Positions 38,089-47,710 of a stretch of DNA of 64,000 nucleotides are shown here, one piece after another (position 1 is the stretch's first letter; every line of letters begins with the position of its first letter). Position numbers and translations under genes: made by a program. The DNA lies in contig JAVKJW010000003.1 of assembly GCA_031458695.1 (NCBI GenBank), positions 73,105 to 137,104 of the forward strand, written 5' to 3'. Under the pieces are notes generated by a model. That model saw only the letters and a list, made by a program, of their open reading frames with translations. It was not told the origin of the DNA and made no database searches. The stretch comes from Candidatus Thermofontivivens primus (GTDB lineage: Bacteria; Sysuimicrobiota; Sysuimicrobiia; Sysuimicrobiales; Thermofontiviventaceae).

Positions 38089-39069
38089 GTGACGGTCAAG
38101 GTTGGGATTCTCGGAGGAGGGTTCATTGGCCGCGTGCACGCGCTCAACTTACGGAAGGATGCACGGGTGCACATCGTGGGCATCGCCGACATTGTCCCTG
38201 CGGTAGCGAGGCGCCTGGCAGAGGAGGTAGAGACGCGCGCGTTCCAGAACCTGGAAGATCTCCTGAATGCAGGGGCGGAAGCGATCTACGTCTGCACCCC
38301 CAACGTCCACCATGTGGAGCCCGTCCTTCAGGCCCTCGCGGCGGGCGCCCACGTCTTCAGCGAGAAGCCCATGGCGACCTCCCTGGAAGGGGCCCGCAAA
38401 ATTCTAGAAGCCACAAAGCAGGCAAAGGGGATCTACCAGCTGGGGTTCAACAGGAGGTTCAGCAACGTCTACAAGTTCGCCAAGCGTCTCATCGACGATG
38501 GGCGCATCCGTCCCCTCCTCGCCCAGATGAAGCATAACCGGGGTGAGCTGCAGCAGCCTCCCTGGACCGGCGATCCAAAGGTCACGGGAGGATATCTCTA
38601 TGAGACCCCCATCCACCTCTTCGACATGGGCAGGTTCCTGTTCGGGGACGTGGAGGAGGTGGTGGGGTGGGCAAAGCAGAGCGTCTATGGGGAGCTCGAT
38701 GGGTTCGTCCTCCTCTTCCGCTTCCGCAACGGGGTGATCGCCTCGATTACCACAGTGGCGCACACGAGCTGGCTCTTTCCTTACGAGCGTGTGGAGATCT
38801 ACGGGGAGCACCAGATGATTGTCACCGAGGAGCTGGAGCGAGCAGCCTTCAGCCCGGGCCCTCGCGAGGAGGCAGAGGCCATCGAGTGTCTCCATATGCC
38901 CTTCGAGGAGAAGTGGGGCTATGCTGAGGAGGACCGCCTCTTCATCGATGCGGTACTCGGTGAGCGCCCTCCGGCTGTTACCGCGGAGGATGGATATCGT
39001 GCCACCGAACTTGTGGAGGCGGTCTACCAGGCAGTCAGAGATGGGCACCCTGTGCGGCTTCCGCTTTGA
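38089..39069 (+). CDS. Gfo/Idh/MocA oxidoreductase, probable inositol dehydrogenase
   Basis: VGILGGGFIG, CTPN..H, FSEKPM, GFNRRF, ETPIHLFD; iol gene context. Confidence 0.88.
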   Translation: MTVKVGILGGGFIGRVHALNLRKDARVHIVGIADIVPAVARRLAEEVETRAFQNLEDLLNAGAEAIYVCTPNVHHVEPVLQALAAGAHVFSEKPMATSLEGARKILEATKQAKGIYQLGFNRRFSNVYKFAKRLIDDGRIRPLLAQMKHNRGELQQPPWTGDPKVTGGYLYETPIHLFDMGRFLFGDVEEVVGWAKQSVYGELDGFVLLFRFRNGVIASITTVAHTSWLFPYERVEIYGEHQMIVTEELERAAFSPGPREEAEAIECLHMPFEEKWGYAEEDRLFIDAVLGERPPAVTAEDGYRATELVEAVYQAVRDGHPVRLPL

Positions 39070-39148
39070 ACCGGATAAGCTCGTGAGTCGTGAGGGGAGA
39101 CAGAGAGATCAGCAAGATAGACGACAGGGACAATAAGGGGGGAGGCAC

Positions 39149-40156
39149 ATGTGGAGACTTGGAGTGGTGTGCATCGTACTACTCCTCATCGCGGGGATGC
39201 TCCTCCCCGCGCAGGGGCAACCCCAGCGTCTTATGGTCTACGGGGCGATCCATGAGACGGAGATCGCCAAGATGCTGGAGGCGTTCACGAAAGCCACGGG
39301 GATTCCCGCAGAGTTCATCCGCGGCTCTAGCGGGGAGCTTGTGGCCAGGATCAAGGCAGAGCGGGCCTCTCCAAAAGCAGACGTCAAGCTAGGAGGCCCA
39401 GCCGATTCCCACGAGGCCCTGGCCCTGGAGGGACTCTTGATGCCCTACATCCCGCCGGAGGCCAAGAACATCGACCGGCGTTTCCGGAGTCCGCTGCACT
39501 ACTGGCATGGTTTCTACATTGGAGCCCTTGGGATTGCCATCAACAAACCTCGTTTTGACAAGGAGCTGCGGCCCAAGGGCGTTGACTATCCTAAGACCTG
39601 GGAGGATCTGCTGAACCCTGCCTTCAAGGGGGAGATCGTCGTGGCCAACCCCGCTACCTCCGGGACGGCCTTTACCTTCGTGGCTACCCATCTCCAGCGC
39701 CTGGGCTGGGAGAAGGGGTGGGAGTACTTGACGGCGTTCCACAAGAACGTCAACCATTATACTCGGAGCGGTGCGGCACCAGCCAACATGGCGGCAACGG
39801 GGGAGTTCATCATCGGCATCGCTTTCGGTCATGACATCCTGAAACCGGCGAAGCAGGGGTATCCCGTAATGCTCGTGTACCCACCAGACACGGGGTGGGA
39901 GATCGGGGCAGTCTCCATTATCAAACGAGGTCCGAACCCTGAGGCGGCGAAAAAGTTCGTCAACTGGGTCCTCACCCGCGAGGCGGGGAAGCTCCACACC
40001 GAGATCTCCCTGCGGATCTCCGTGCGTCCTGATGTTCCCGTTCCCGAGGGTGTCATCCCCATCAGCCAGATCAAGCTACTGAAGAACTATGATCTGAGCT
40101 GGGCCGCCCGCGAGCGGAATCGCATCCTGGCAGAGTGGGAGCGAAGGTTTAAGTAG
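39149..40156 (+). CDS. AfuA/FbpA-like ABC substrate-binding protein (copy 1)
   Basis: Signal peptide; GSSGE..ARIKAE, GGPAD, PKTWEDLLNP, NPATSGTA, TGWEIGAVSIIK. Confidence 0.88.
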   Translation: MWRLGVVCIVLLLIAGMLLPAQGQPQRLMVYGAIHETEIAKMLEAFTKATGIPAEFIRGSSGELVARIKAERASPKADVKLGGPADSHEALALEGLLMPYIPPEAKNIDRRFRSPLHYWHGFYIGALGIAINKPRFDKELRPKGVDYPKTWEDLLNPAFKGEIVVANPATSGTAFTFVATHLQRLGWEKGWEYLTAFHKNVNHYTRSGAAPANMAATGEFIIGIAFGHDILKPAKQGYPVMLVYPPDTGWEIGAVSIIKRGPNPEAAKKFVNWVLTREAGKLHTEISLRISVRPDVPVPEGVIPISQIKLLKNYDLSWAARERNRILAEWERRFK

Positions 40157-40243
40157 AGTTGGGATTTTGTACTTCGTGCGTCGTGAGCGGGGAGATCGCA
40201 GGTGAACCAAATCAAGAGATGACCAGATCGGCAAGAGGCTAGG

Positions 40244-41887
40244 ATGCTGGACCAAGTGCGCCTTCAAGCCAAGGAGTTCCGGCGCATCGCCGCGGACCCG
40301 CTGCTGCTCACCCTCCTTGTCATAGTGGCGGGGTTGCTTGTCGTGTTTATTCTCTTCCCCGTGGTGAGGGTATTGACCCTCCCGCGCCTCGAACACTGGC
40401 ACGAGTTTCTGGGAAGGCCAGCCCTGTTGAGGGCTGCGATCCACAGCTTGGTCATGATGATCCTTTCCACCACCACGGCCACCCTCGTGGGGTTGCTGTT
40501 CGCTTACGCCCTGGTGCGGACCCAGATGCCTATGAAAGCATTCTTCAGGACGCTCACGCTCCTCCCGCTCATCTCCCCGCCGTTTGTGACGGGACTTGCG
40601 TTCATCCTGTTGTTCGGGCGCAGGGGACTGTTCACCTATTCGGTGCTCGGGCTTGACCTCAACCCCTATGGATGGCACGGCCTGTGGATGGCCCAAACGC
40701 TGGCCTTCTTCCCTGTGGCCTACCTCACGATTGCCGGGGTTCTGCGGTCCATCGATCCGGCCCTGGAGTTGGCAGCGCAGGACCTCGGCGCGAGCGGGTT
40801 CCAGATTTTCCGCACCGTCACCCTTCCCCTTCTCACGCCGGGGATCGCGAGCGCTGCGCTCCTCGTGGGGATCTTCGTCCTCGCCGACTTTGGGAATCCT
40901 ATGCTCATCGGGGGCAACTACTCTGTCCTGGCGACGGAAGCCTACATGCAGGTGATTGGCCGGTACAACACGGAGATGGCAGCGTTGCTCGCCTCCGTTC
41001 TCCTCTTGCCCTCCCTCGCCCTTTTCCTTGCCCAGCGCTATGTGATGGAGAAGAGGTCGTTTGTGACGGTGACCGGGCGCCCAAGCGCGCTCGGGCGGAA
41101 GCCCGCGCCCTGGTATGTGACCTGGCCGCTGTTTGGATTTTGCCTTGCCGTTTCCCTGGTGATCCTGGCGATTTATCTCGTCATCGTCCTTGGGGCTTTC
41201 TCGAAGGTCTGGGGGGTCGACTGGAGCCTCAGCCTGCGTAACTTCCAGTACACCATTTTCCGCCAGCGTGATCTCTACAACAGCGTCCGGTTTGCCCTCT
41301 CCGCGGCTGTCCTGACGGCGGCCCTCGCGACCCTGAGCGCTTACCTCATCGAGCGGAAGAGTTTCCTGGGGAGGGAAGTTCTGGACTTTTTCACCGTCCT
41401 ACCTGCGGCGGTCCCCGGGACCCTCATCGGCATTGGCTACGTCCTCGCCTTCAACCAGCCTCCGTTGGAGCTCACAGGGACGGCGGCGATCATCGTCCTG
41501 TGCATGGCCTTCCGCACACTCCCTGTGGGGTACCGCAACGCCGTCTCTGTCCTCCACCAGATCGACGTGGCCATCGAGCGGGCATCGGAGGACCTCGGGG
41601 CGGACAGCCTGCGGACGTTCGTGCACATCGTCTTGCCCCTCCTCAAGTATGCGTTCTTCGCCACGTTGGTTTACACGTTCGTGAAGTCCATCAATACGCT
41701 CAGCGCAGTGATCTTCCTGATTTCCCCCGGGAATGTCGTGGCTTCCGCATCAATCCTTGGTCTCGCGGAGCACGGCTACTGGGGGCAGGCTGCAGCCCTT
41801 GCCACCGCGCTCATCACCTTGGGCCTCCTCAGCGTGGTGGTCTTCCGTCTCATTGCCGGGAGGCGGGCGCAGCTCTTTGAACTGTGA
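40244..41887 (+). CDS. AfuB/FbpB-like two-domain ABC permease (copy 1)
   Basis: PLISPPFV, ELAAQDLGA, LADFGNP, VPGTLIGIGY, ERASEDLGA. Confidence 0.9.
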   Translation: MLDQVRLQAKEFRRIAADPLLLTLLVIVAGLLVVFILFPVVRVLTLPRLEHWHEFLGRPALLRAAIHSLVMMILSTTTATLVGLLFAYALVRTQMPMKAFFRTLTLLPLISPPFVTGLAFILLFGRRGLFTYSVLGLDLNPYGWHGLWMAQTLAFFPVAYLTIAGVLRSIDPALELAAQDLGASGFQIFRTVTLPLLTPGIASAALLVGIFVLADFGNPMLIGGNYSVLATEAYMQVIGRYNTEMAALLASVLLLPSLALFLAQRYVMEKRSFVTVTGRPSALGRKPAPWYVTWPLFGFCLAVSLVILAIYLVIVLGAFSKVWGVDWSLSLRNFQYTIFRQRDLYNSVRFALSAAVLTAALATLSAYLIERKSFLGREVLDFFTVLPAAVPGTLIGIGYVLAFNQPPLELTGTAAIIVLCMAFRTLPVGYRNAVSVLHQIDVAIERASEDLGADSLRTFVHIVLPLLKYAFFATLVYTFVKSINTLSAVIFLISPGNVVASASILGLAEHGYWGQAAALATALITLGLLSVVVFRLIAGRRAQLFEL

Positions 41888-41900
41888 GAAAGGGAATAGG

Positions 41901-42740
41901 ATGCGGTACAAGATGCTCGTAGCGGACATCGATGGGACTCTCGTCCGGGTTGTTCCCGAGGGGCAGGGATCGAGAGATGCCCCTGTGGTCCCTGTGGAGA
42001 CCCTGGAGGCGCTCCGGGAGATCCGAAGGAGGGGAGTCCGCTTCCTCCTTGCCACTGGGCGGATGTGGGCTTCCGCCCGAAGATTCTTCGAGATGGCAGA
42101 GGCAGATCCCCCGGCGATCCTCTACAATGGGGCAATGGTCTACGACTTTGCTCGGGGGACGACGCTCTATCGCCGGCAGGTGCCTCTTGCCACGGCACAG
42201 AAGGTCCTGCGCCTCCTCCGGGAGTTCCCTGAGGTGCAGCCTCATGTCTACGTGGACGATCAGGTGTACGTTGGGCGCATCAACCGGATCACCGAGGAGT
42301 ACCAACGCAAGGACAGCATCCCCGTGCGGGAGGTGGGAGACCTCCTGCAATTCCTTGAGGCGGATCCCGTGAAGATCCTCATCATCGGGGAGAGAGCCCG
42401 TTTAGAGCAGCTTGCCCAGGCGATCCGCGCGCTCCCGGGAGACCCCGTAAACTTCGTCTTCTCAGAACCGACCTATCTGGAGATCCTACCTCCCGGGACC
42501 TCGAAGGGGAAGGCCCTGCAGTTCGTCGCCGAGACCCTCGGTATCCCTAAGGAGGCTATTGTCGCGGTGGGGGATGATCTCAACGACCTGGAGATGATCC
42601 GCTACGCAGGGGTGGGTGTCGCTATGGCCGACGCCCCGGAGGGGCTGCGTGCAGAAGCGGACTACGTTTGCGGAACGGTAGAGGAAGGAGGGCTGAGGGA
42701 GGTCATCGAGCGTTTTCTCCTTAGGGAAAATCCCTACTGA
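41901..42740 (+). CDS. Cof-type HAD-IIB phosphatase
   Basis: ADIDGTL, ATGR, YNGA, YLEI...SKG, VGDDLNDLEM. Confidence 0.92.
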   Translation: MRYKMLVADIDGTLVRVVPEGQGSRDAPVVPVETLEALREIRRRGVRFLLATGRMWASARRFFEMAEADPPAILYNGAMVYDFARGTTLYRRQVPLATAQKVLRLLREFPEVQPHVYVDDQVYVGRINRITEEYQRKDSIPVREVGDLLQFLEADPVKILIIGERARLEQLAQAIRALPGDPVNFVFSEPTYLEILPPGTSKGKALQFVAETLGIPKEAIVAVGDDLNDLEMIRYAGVGVAMADAPEGLRAEADYVCGTVEEGGLREVIERFLLRENPY

Positions 42741-42844
42741 AAATCTGGCGGGTTGGCATCGAGGGCTTCCACACCATGCCAGGAATGCCGTGGGATTTTC
42801 GCGAGGGAAGGCAATAAGACCAATACAGGAGGGGAGGGATTCCC

Positions 42845-43870
42845 ATGCAGAGACGGCTTCTCTCCATAGCCCTTCTGAGCGTCCTGGTCCTAGCCCTGGC
42901 CAGCGGGATCCAGACCAGTGCGCAGCCCAGGAAGATCGTCATCTACTCCGCCATCGAGGAGAAGGTGACGACGGAGATCGTCAAGGCGTTCCGCGCCAGG
43001 ACTGGGATCGAGAGCGAGGTCTTAAGCCTAGCGGCAGCAGGGACGCTCGCCACGCGGATCCGGGCCGAGAAGGCGAAGCCAAGGGCGGATGTGTTCATGG
43101 GAGGATCCGCGGACATCCATGCTCCTTTGGCCAAGGAAGGGTTGCTGCTCAAATACATCCCCAGGACCCTCGCCGAGGCCAAGATCGACAAGCAGTTCTA
43201 CGATCCCGAGCACTACTGGCACGGGTGGTACCTGGGGGCCCTGGGCATCTTGGTGAACCGGGACCGGTTTGAGCGGGAGATCGCTCCAAAGGGCGTCTCC
43301 ATGCCCAAGACCTGGGATGATCTGCTTAACCCCGTATACAAGGGCCACTTCGCTATGCCGAGCCCCGTGACGACGGGAGGGGGATATATCTTCGTAGCTA
43401 CCCAGGTCTTCCGCTTGGGGGAGGATCGGGCGTTTACTTGGCTCAAGCAGCTCATGGCAAACGCCGCCCACATCACTCCTACGGCCCCAGCTACAGTGAC
43501 GCTCATCTCCCGTGGAGAGGCGATCGTGGCGATGATGTGGGCCCATGAGGGGTTTGTGGCCCGCCTCATGGGCTTCCCGGTGGAGGTGATCCTGCCTCCG
43601 GATACGGGGTTTGAGATCGGATCCGTCTCGATCATCAAGGGTGGGCCCAACCCTGAGGGAGCAAAGGAATTTGTGGATTTCCTCATGACGCCCCTCCCGC
43701 AGGGAATCAACGCGGCGTACGGGATGCGCTATCCGGTGCGTCCAGATGCCGCTTCCCCCAGAGGGGCACCGCCTTTTGCCTCGATCAAGTTTGTGAAGTA
43801 CGACCGGGTGTGGGCCATTGAGAACCGGGACCGGCTCATCCGGAGATGGCAGACGGAGATTGGTCGCTAG
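42845..43870 (+). CDS. AfuA/FbpA-like ABC substrate-binding protein (copy 2)
   Basis: Paralog of 39149: HYWHGWYLGALG, PKTWDDLLNP, DTGFEIGSVSIIKGGPNPE. Confidence 0.88.
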   Translation: MQRRLLSIALLSVLVLALASGIQTSAQPRKIVIYSAIEEKVTTEIVKAFRARTGIESEVLSLAAAGTLATRIRAEKAKPRADVFMGGSADIHAPLAKEGLLLKYIPRTLAEAKIDKQFYDPEHYWHGWYLGALGILVNRDRFEREIAPKGVSMPKTWDDLLNPVYKGHFAMPSPVTTGGGYIFVATQVFRLGEDRAFTWLKQLMANAAHITPTAPATVTLISRGEAIVAMMWAHEGFVARLMGFPVEVILPPDTGFEIGSVSIIKGGPNPEGAKEFVDFLMTPLPQGINAAYGMRYPVRPDAASPRGAPPFASIKFVKYDRVWAIENRDRLIRRWQTEIGR

Positions 43871-43882
43871 GAGGGTTATCCT

Positions 43883-45520
43883 ATGCTCGAGTGGGCGGGG
43901 ACGCGCAGGGGGCGGGTTCTTCTCTATGATCCAGGGCTGGCTCTCGTATTCGCACTTGTGGCTACCCTGCTCGTGGTCTTCGTGGTTCTCCCCACCCTTC
44001 GTGTGATCAGCTATCCCGCTCTGGCCGACTACCTCGCCGTCCCCGCCCAACCCCGCTGGATCCAGGCCATCCGGAACAGCCTGGTCATGATGGTCCTCTC
44101 GACGGCTACGGCGACGAGCGTGGGGTTCCTCTTTGCCTTCGCCATCTCCCGCGGCCTTCCAGGGGCACGGTTCTTCGCGACCATGGCCATGCTCCCGCTC
44201 TTCGCCCCTCCTTTCATGGTGGCCTTCTCCTACATCCTGATGTTCGGCCGAAACGGGCTGATCACCAAAGAACTCCTCGGGCTCAATGTCAATATCTTCG
44301 GCTGGCCAGGCCTCTGGCTGGTGCAGACCGTGGCCTTCTTCCCTTATGCGGCCTTGATCATCGGGGGCGTTCTCGAGGCCATCAATCCATCCATGGAGTA
44401 TGCGGCCAGCGACCTGGGGGCGCGGGAGTGGGATGTCTATCGAACCGTGGTGATCCCTCTGGCGAAGCCTGGGATCACGGCAGCGGCGCTCCTTGTGGCC
44501 ATCTCGGTTCTGGCTGATTTCGGAAACGCCGTGCTCATCGCCGGGAATTTCCCCCTGCTGGCAACCGAGGCGTGGTTCCTCATCGAGGGGTGGGCCGATC
44601 TCAAAGGGGCGGCCATCGCCGTGAGCCTCCTGCTCATCCCCACAGTGGGCCTCTTCCTCCTCGAGCGGAGGTGGGTACGCCAGCGGATCTACACCGTGGT
44701 GACGGGACGGGGGACGCGCGTTTCCCGGGCTTCTGTCCCTACCTTCCTCAAGTGGCCTATGGTATTTGGTTGTTCTCTCGTCTCCCTGCTTGTCCTGATT
44801 GTCTATGTGGGTGTATTCGCCGGGAGCTTCGTCACCACTTGGGGATACAATTGGCGCCTGACCCTGGATCACTGGCTCCTGGCAAAGGAATGGCTCGGCC
44901 CGCTCCTCAACAGCCTGAAGGTAGGAGTGATGAGCGCGGTATTGACCACGGCCATCGCTGTGACCGCGGCATTCCTCACCGCCTGCTACCGGCTCTATGG
45001 CGCAAGGTTTCTGGACTTCACGGCAGTGGTCCCGGCCGCCCTTCCCGGCGTCTTCGTGGGTGTGGGATTCCTCCTGACGTTCTCACGTCCTCCCTTAGAG
45101 CTGGTGGGTACGGCTTGGGCACTGATCCTGGCCCTGACGTTTTGGCACATGCCTATGGGGTACCAGGCAGCCCTGGCCGGGCTGGCCCAAATCGAGCGGG
45201 CGATCCAGGAGGCGGCGGCAAACCTGGGTGCTTCGGGGCTCAGGACGTTCGTGGACATCTACCTCCCCTTGTTGCGCCACGCCGTGATCGCCTCCTTCAC
45301 GACCTCGTTCATGCGTGCGGTAACGAATTTGAGCATCGCAGTCTTCCTCGTCACACCAGGGAACATGGTAGGGACCTTCGCTATCCTCATGGCGATCAAT
45401 AATGGGAACTGGGGAACAGCGGCTGCGCTGACTGTGGCGCTCCTTTTGGTGAGCCTAGGGATCCTGGCCTTAGGCCAGACGCTTCTTGGCCGTGGGCTGC
45501 GCCCGTTGCCCTCAGGATGA
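43883..45520 (+). CDS. AfuB/FbpB-like two-domain ABC permease (copy 2)
   Basis: PLFAPPFM, EYAASDLGA, LADFGN, EAAANLGA. Confidence 0.9.
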   Translation: MLEWAGTRRGRVLLYDPGLALVFALVATLLVVFVVLPTLRVISYPALADYLAVPAQPRWIQAIRNSLVMMVLSTATATSVGFLFAFAISRGLPGARFFATMAMLPLFAPPFMVAFSYILMFGRNGLITKELLGLNVNIFGWPGLWLVQTVAFFPYAALIIGGVLEAINPSMEYAASDLGAREWDVYRTVVIPLAKPGITAAALLVAISVLADFGNAVLIAGNFPLLATEAWFLIEGWADLKGAAIAVSLLLIPTVGLFLLERRWVRQRIYTVVTGRGTRVSRASVPTFLKWPMVFGCSLVSLLVLIVYVGVFAGSFVTTWGYNWRLTLDHWLLAKEWLGPLLNSLKVGVMSAVLTTAIAVTAAFLTACYRLYGARFLDFTAVVPAALPGVFVGVGFLLTFSRPPLELVGTAWALILALTFWHMPMGYQAALAGLAQIERAIQEAAANLGASGLRTFVDIYLPLLRHAVIASFTTSFMRAVTNLSIAVFLVTPGNMVGTFAILMAINNGNWGTAAALTVALLLVSLGILALGQTLLGRGLRPLPSG

Positions 45521-45546
45521 TATCTTAAAGAGGGGGAAAGGGATCC

Positions 45547-46617
45547 ATGAGCACTGTGCACGTTCGGCTCATTCACGTCGTGAAGCGCTTTGGAACGACC
45601 CCTGCTGTGGACGATGTCTCGTTGGATGTCCTGGAGGGGAGCTTCACCACTTTACTAGGACCCAGCGGGTGCGGGAAAACGACGACGTTGCGCCTCATTG
45701 CAGGTTTCTACGAGCCCGACCAGGGGGAGATCTGGATCGGTGGGAAAAAGATGAACGATGTTCCTCCTCACAGACGCCCCACAGCCATGGTCTTCCAAGA
45801 GTATGCCCTGTTCCCCCACATGACCGTGTTCGAGAACGTCGCCTACGGGCTCCGCATGCGTCGTCTCCCCCGGAGGGAGATTGAGGAGCGGGTAGGTTCC
45901 ATCCTGGAGTTCGTAGGCCTTCCAGGGCTGGAAGGGAAGTTCCCCCACCAGCTCAGCGGCGGGCAACAGCAGCGCGTGGCCTTGGCGCGCGCCCTCGTGG
46001 TGGAGCCAGAGGTTCTCCTTTTGGACGAGCCCCTGAGCAACCTAGACGCCAAGTTGCGCATCCGTGTACGCACGGAGATCCGGGAGATCCAGCGGCGGTT
46101 GAAGAAGACCACCATCTATGTCACCCATGACCAGGAGGAGGCCTTGTCCATCTCCGACGTCATCGCGGTGATGGACCGCGGGCGCATTGTGCAAGTGGGG
46201 ACGCCCACGGAGATCTACCACCGCCCTGCCAACAGGTTCGTGGCGGACTTCGTGGGGCTGGCGAACTTCGCCACGGGGAGGGTTGTGGAGGCATCCGACG
46301 GTCGGGTGAGCGTGGACATCGGGGTGAGCCGCCTCTCCCTCATTGAGGAGGATGCCCGCCTACGCCCCGGCGACCAGGTGGTGGTCTCGGTCCGGCCAGA
46401 AGCCATCCATCTCAGTCTGCATCCCCCTGCGCAGGAGAACACGCTGAAAGGGGTGATCACTTCGGCAAGTTTCCTCGGGAGTGTCACGCGGTACTGGGTG
46501 CGCGTGGGGGAGATGGAGTGGATCGTTGATGTGCCGGGTGGGGCACCCGAAGGTGCCACCGGGGAGCGTTACCTGTTCCTCCCACCGGAGAACATCCGAG
46601 TAGTGGAGAAGGTGTGA
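45547..46617 (+). CDS. AfuC/PotA-like ABC ATPase with TOBE domain
   Basis: GPSGCGKTT, LSGGQQQR, LLLDEPLSNLD, YVTHDQEEA. Confidence 0.95.
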   Translation: MSTVHVRLIHVVKRFGTTPAVDDVSLDVLEGSFTTLLGPSGCGKTTTLRLIAGFYEPDQGEIWIGGKKMNDVPPHRRPTAMVFQEYALFPHMTVFENVAYGLRMRRLPRREIEERVGSILEFVGLPGLEGKFPHQLSGGQQQRVALARALVVEPEVLLLDEPLSNLDAKLRIRVRTEIREIQRRLKKTTIYVTHDQEEALSISDVIAVMDRGRIVQVGTPTEIYHRPANRFVADFVGLANFATGRVVEASDGRVSVDIGVSRLSLIEEDARLRPGDQVVVSVRPEAIHLSLHPPAQENTLKGVITSASFLGSVTRYWVRVGEMEWIVDVPGGAPEGATGERYLFLPPENIRVVEKV

Positions 46618-46625
46618 AGAGTCGG

Positions 46626-46653
46626 CCGGCAAACGTCGGATGGCTTTTGCCGG
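46626..46653. other. Intergenic stem-loop
   Basis: CCGGCAAA (46626-46633) / TTTGCCGG (46646-46653). Confidence 0.45.
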
Positions 46654-46686
46654 GGCTCTGAATTCTGGCAAAGGAGGAGGAGTGGC

Positions 46687-47652
46687 ATGGGAGACTGGAA
46701 GCTGCCCCCCGAGGGAGGGCACATGGACAAACGGACGGGCATCTACCTCCAGAATATGACCTGGAAGGAGATCCAAGAGCGCCTCAAGAAGAACGATATC
46801 CTCATCGTTCCCCTCGGTGCCACCGAGGCCCATGGTCCTCATGCCCCGCTCGGCGAGGACATCTGGCTCGTCTGCCGCATGGCTGAGCTCGTGGCCGAAC
46901 GGACAGGATGTACCGTCGCCCAGCCCCTCTGGTATGGGTCCCATCCCTACCATCACCTGGGGATGCCTGGTACGGTGGTAATCCCCGAGGACGTATTCAC
47001 CGCGTTCGTCCGTGCGATGATCGCCGGGTTTTGGAATATGGGGTTCCGCAAGCAGATCCTCCTCAATGGCCACGGCCATGAGTACGTGATCCCTACAGCG
47101 ATCCATCAGTTTGCCAAGCGCTACAAGGTCCCAGCGGTGATCATCAACCTGAACTGGTACCATGCCATTCCCGATCACTTCAAGACGAAAGAGCAGGGAG
47201 GGGTGTACGAAACGCCGTTCATCCACGCGGACGAGGTGGAGACCTCCTGGTCCCTCGCCCTGTTCCCCGAGATGATCGAGATGAAGGACGCGGTGGACAC
47301 GAATCCTTTTGGCTTCCTCCCTGAGGGCCACATCGATAAGGCCGGAAACCTCCTGCGCAGGCCCATCGCTTGGTATGGACATGTCGGGGGCGGGCCCATT
47401 GAGGTGAAGGCCTACATCGAGGGGGTCGTGGGGAAGGCTACCCTGGCCAGGGCGGAGAAGGCCTACCCCGGTGTAGAGGCGCTCCTGGACTACATGGTGA
47501 AGCTCGTCAACGACATCCTCGAGCGGTTCCCGCCTGGCCAGCTTCCACCTATTGAACTGGTGACTGAGCGAGACAAGGAAGAGCTTGAGGCGGTCCTGCG
47601 GGGTCCACTCCAGGGAGGGAAGAGCATCTATACATTGGCATATCCGCCTTGA
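46687..47652 (+). CDS. iolN: 3-dehydro-scyllo-inosose hydrolase (creatininase family)
   Basis: WKLPPEGGHM...GIYLQNM, GATEAHG...GED, YGSHPYHH.GMPGT, NGHGHE, PFIHADEVETS. Confidence 0.87.
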   Translation: MGDWKLPPEGGHMDKRTGIYLQNMTWKEIQERLKKNDILIVPLGATEAHGPHAPLGEDIWLVCRMAELVAERTGCTVAQPLWYGSHPYHHLGMPGTVVIPEDVFTAFVRAMIAGFWNMGFRKQILLNGHGHEYVIPTAIHQFAKRYKVPAVIINLNWYHAIPDHFKTKEQGGVYETPFIHADEVETSWSLALFPEMIEMKDAVDTNPFGFLPEGHIDKAGNLLRRPIAWYGHVGGGPIEVKAYIEGVVGKATLARAEKAYPGVEALLDYMVKLVNDILERFPPGQLPPIELVTERDKEELEAVLRGPLQGGKSIYTLAYPP

Positions 47653-47710
47653 TCGCATCTATAGGGTCTATCGCGTCAAAGGCAAGAGAGCGGGAGAGGG
47701 ATCGCGCGTC

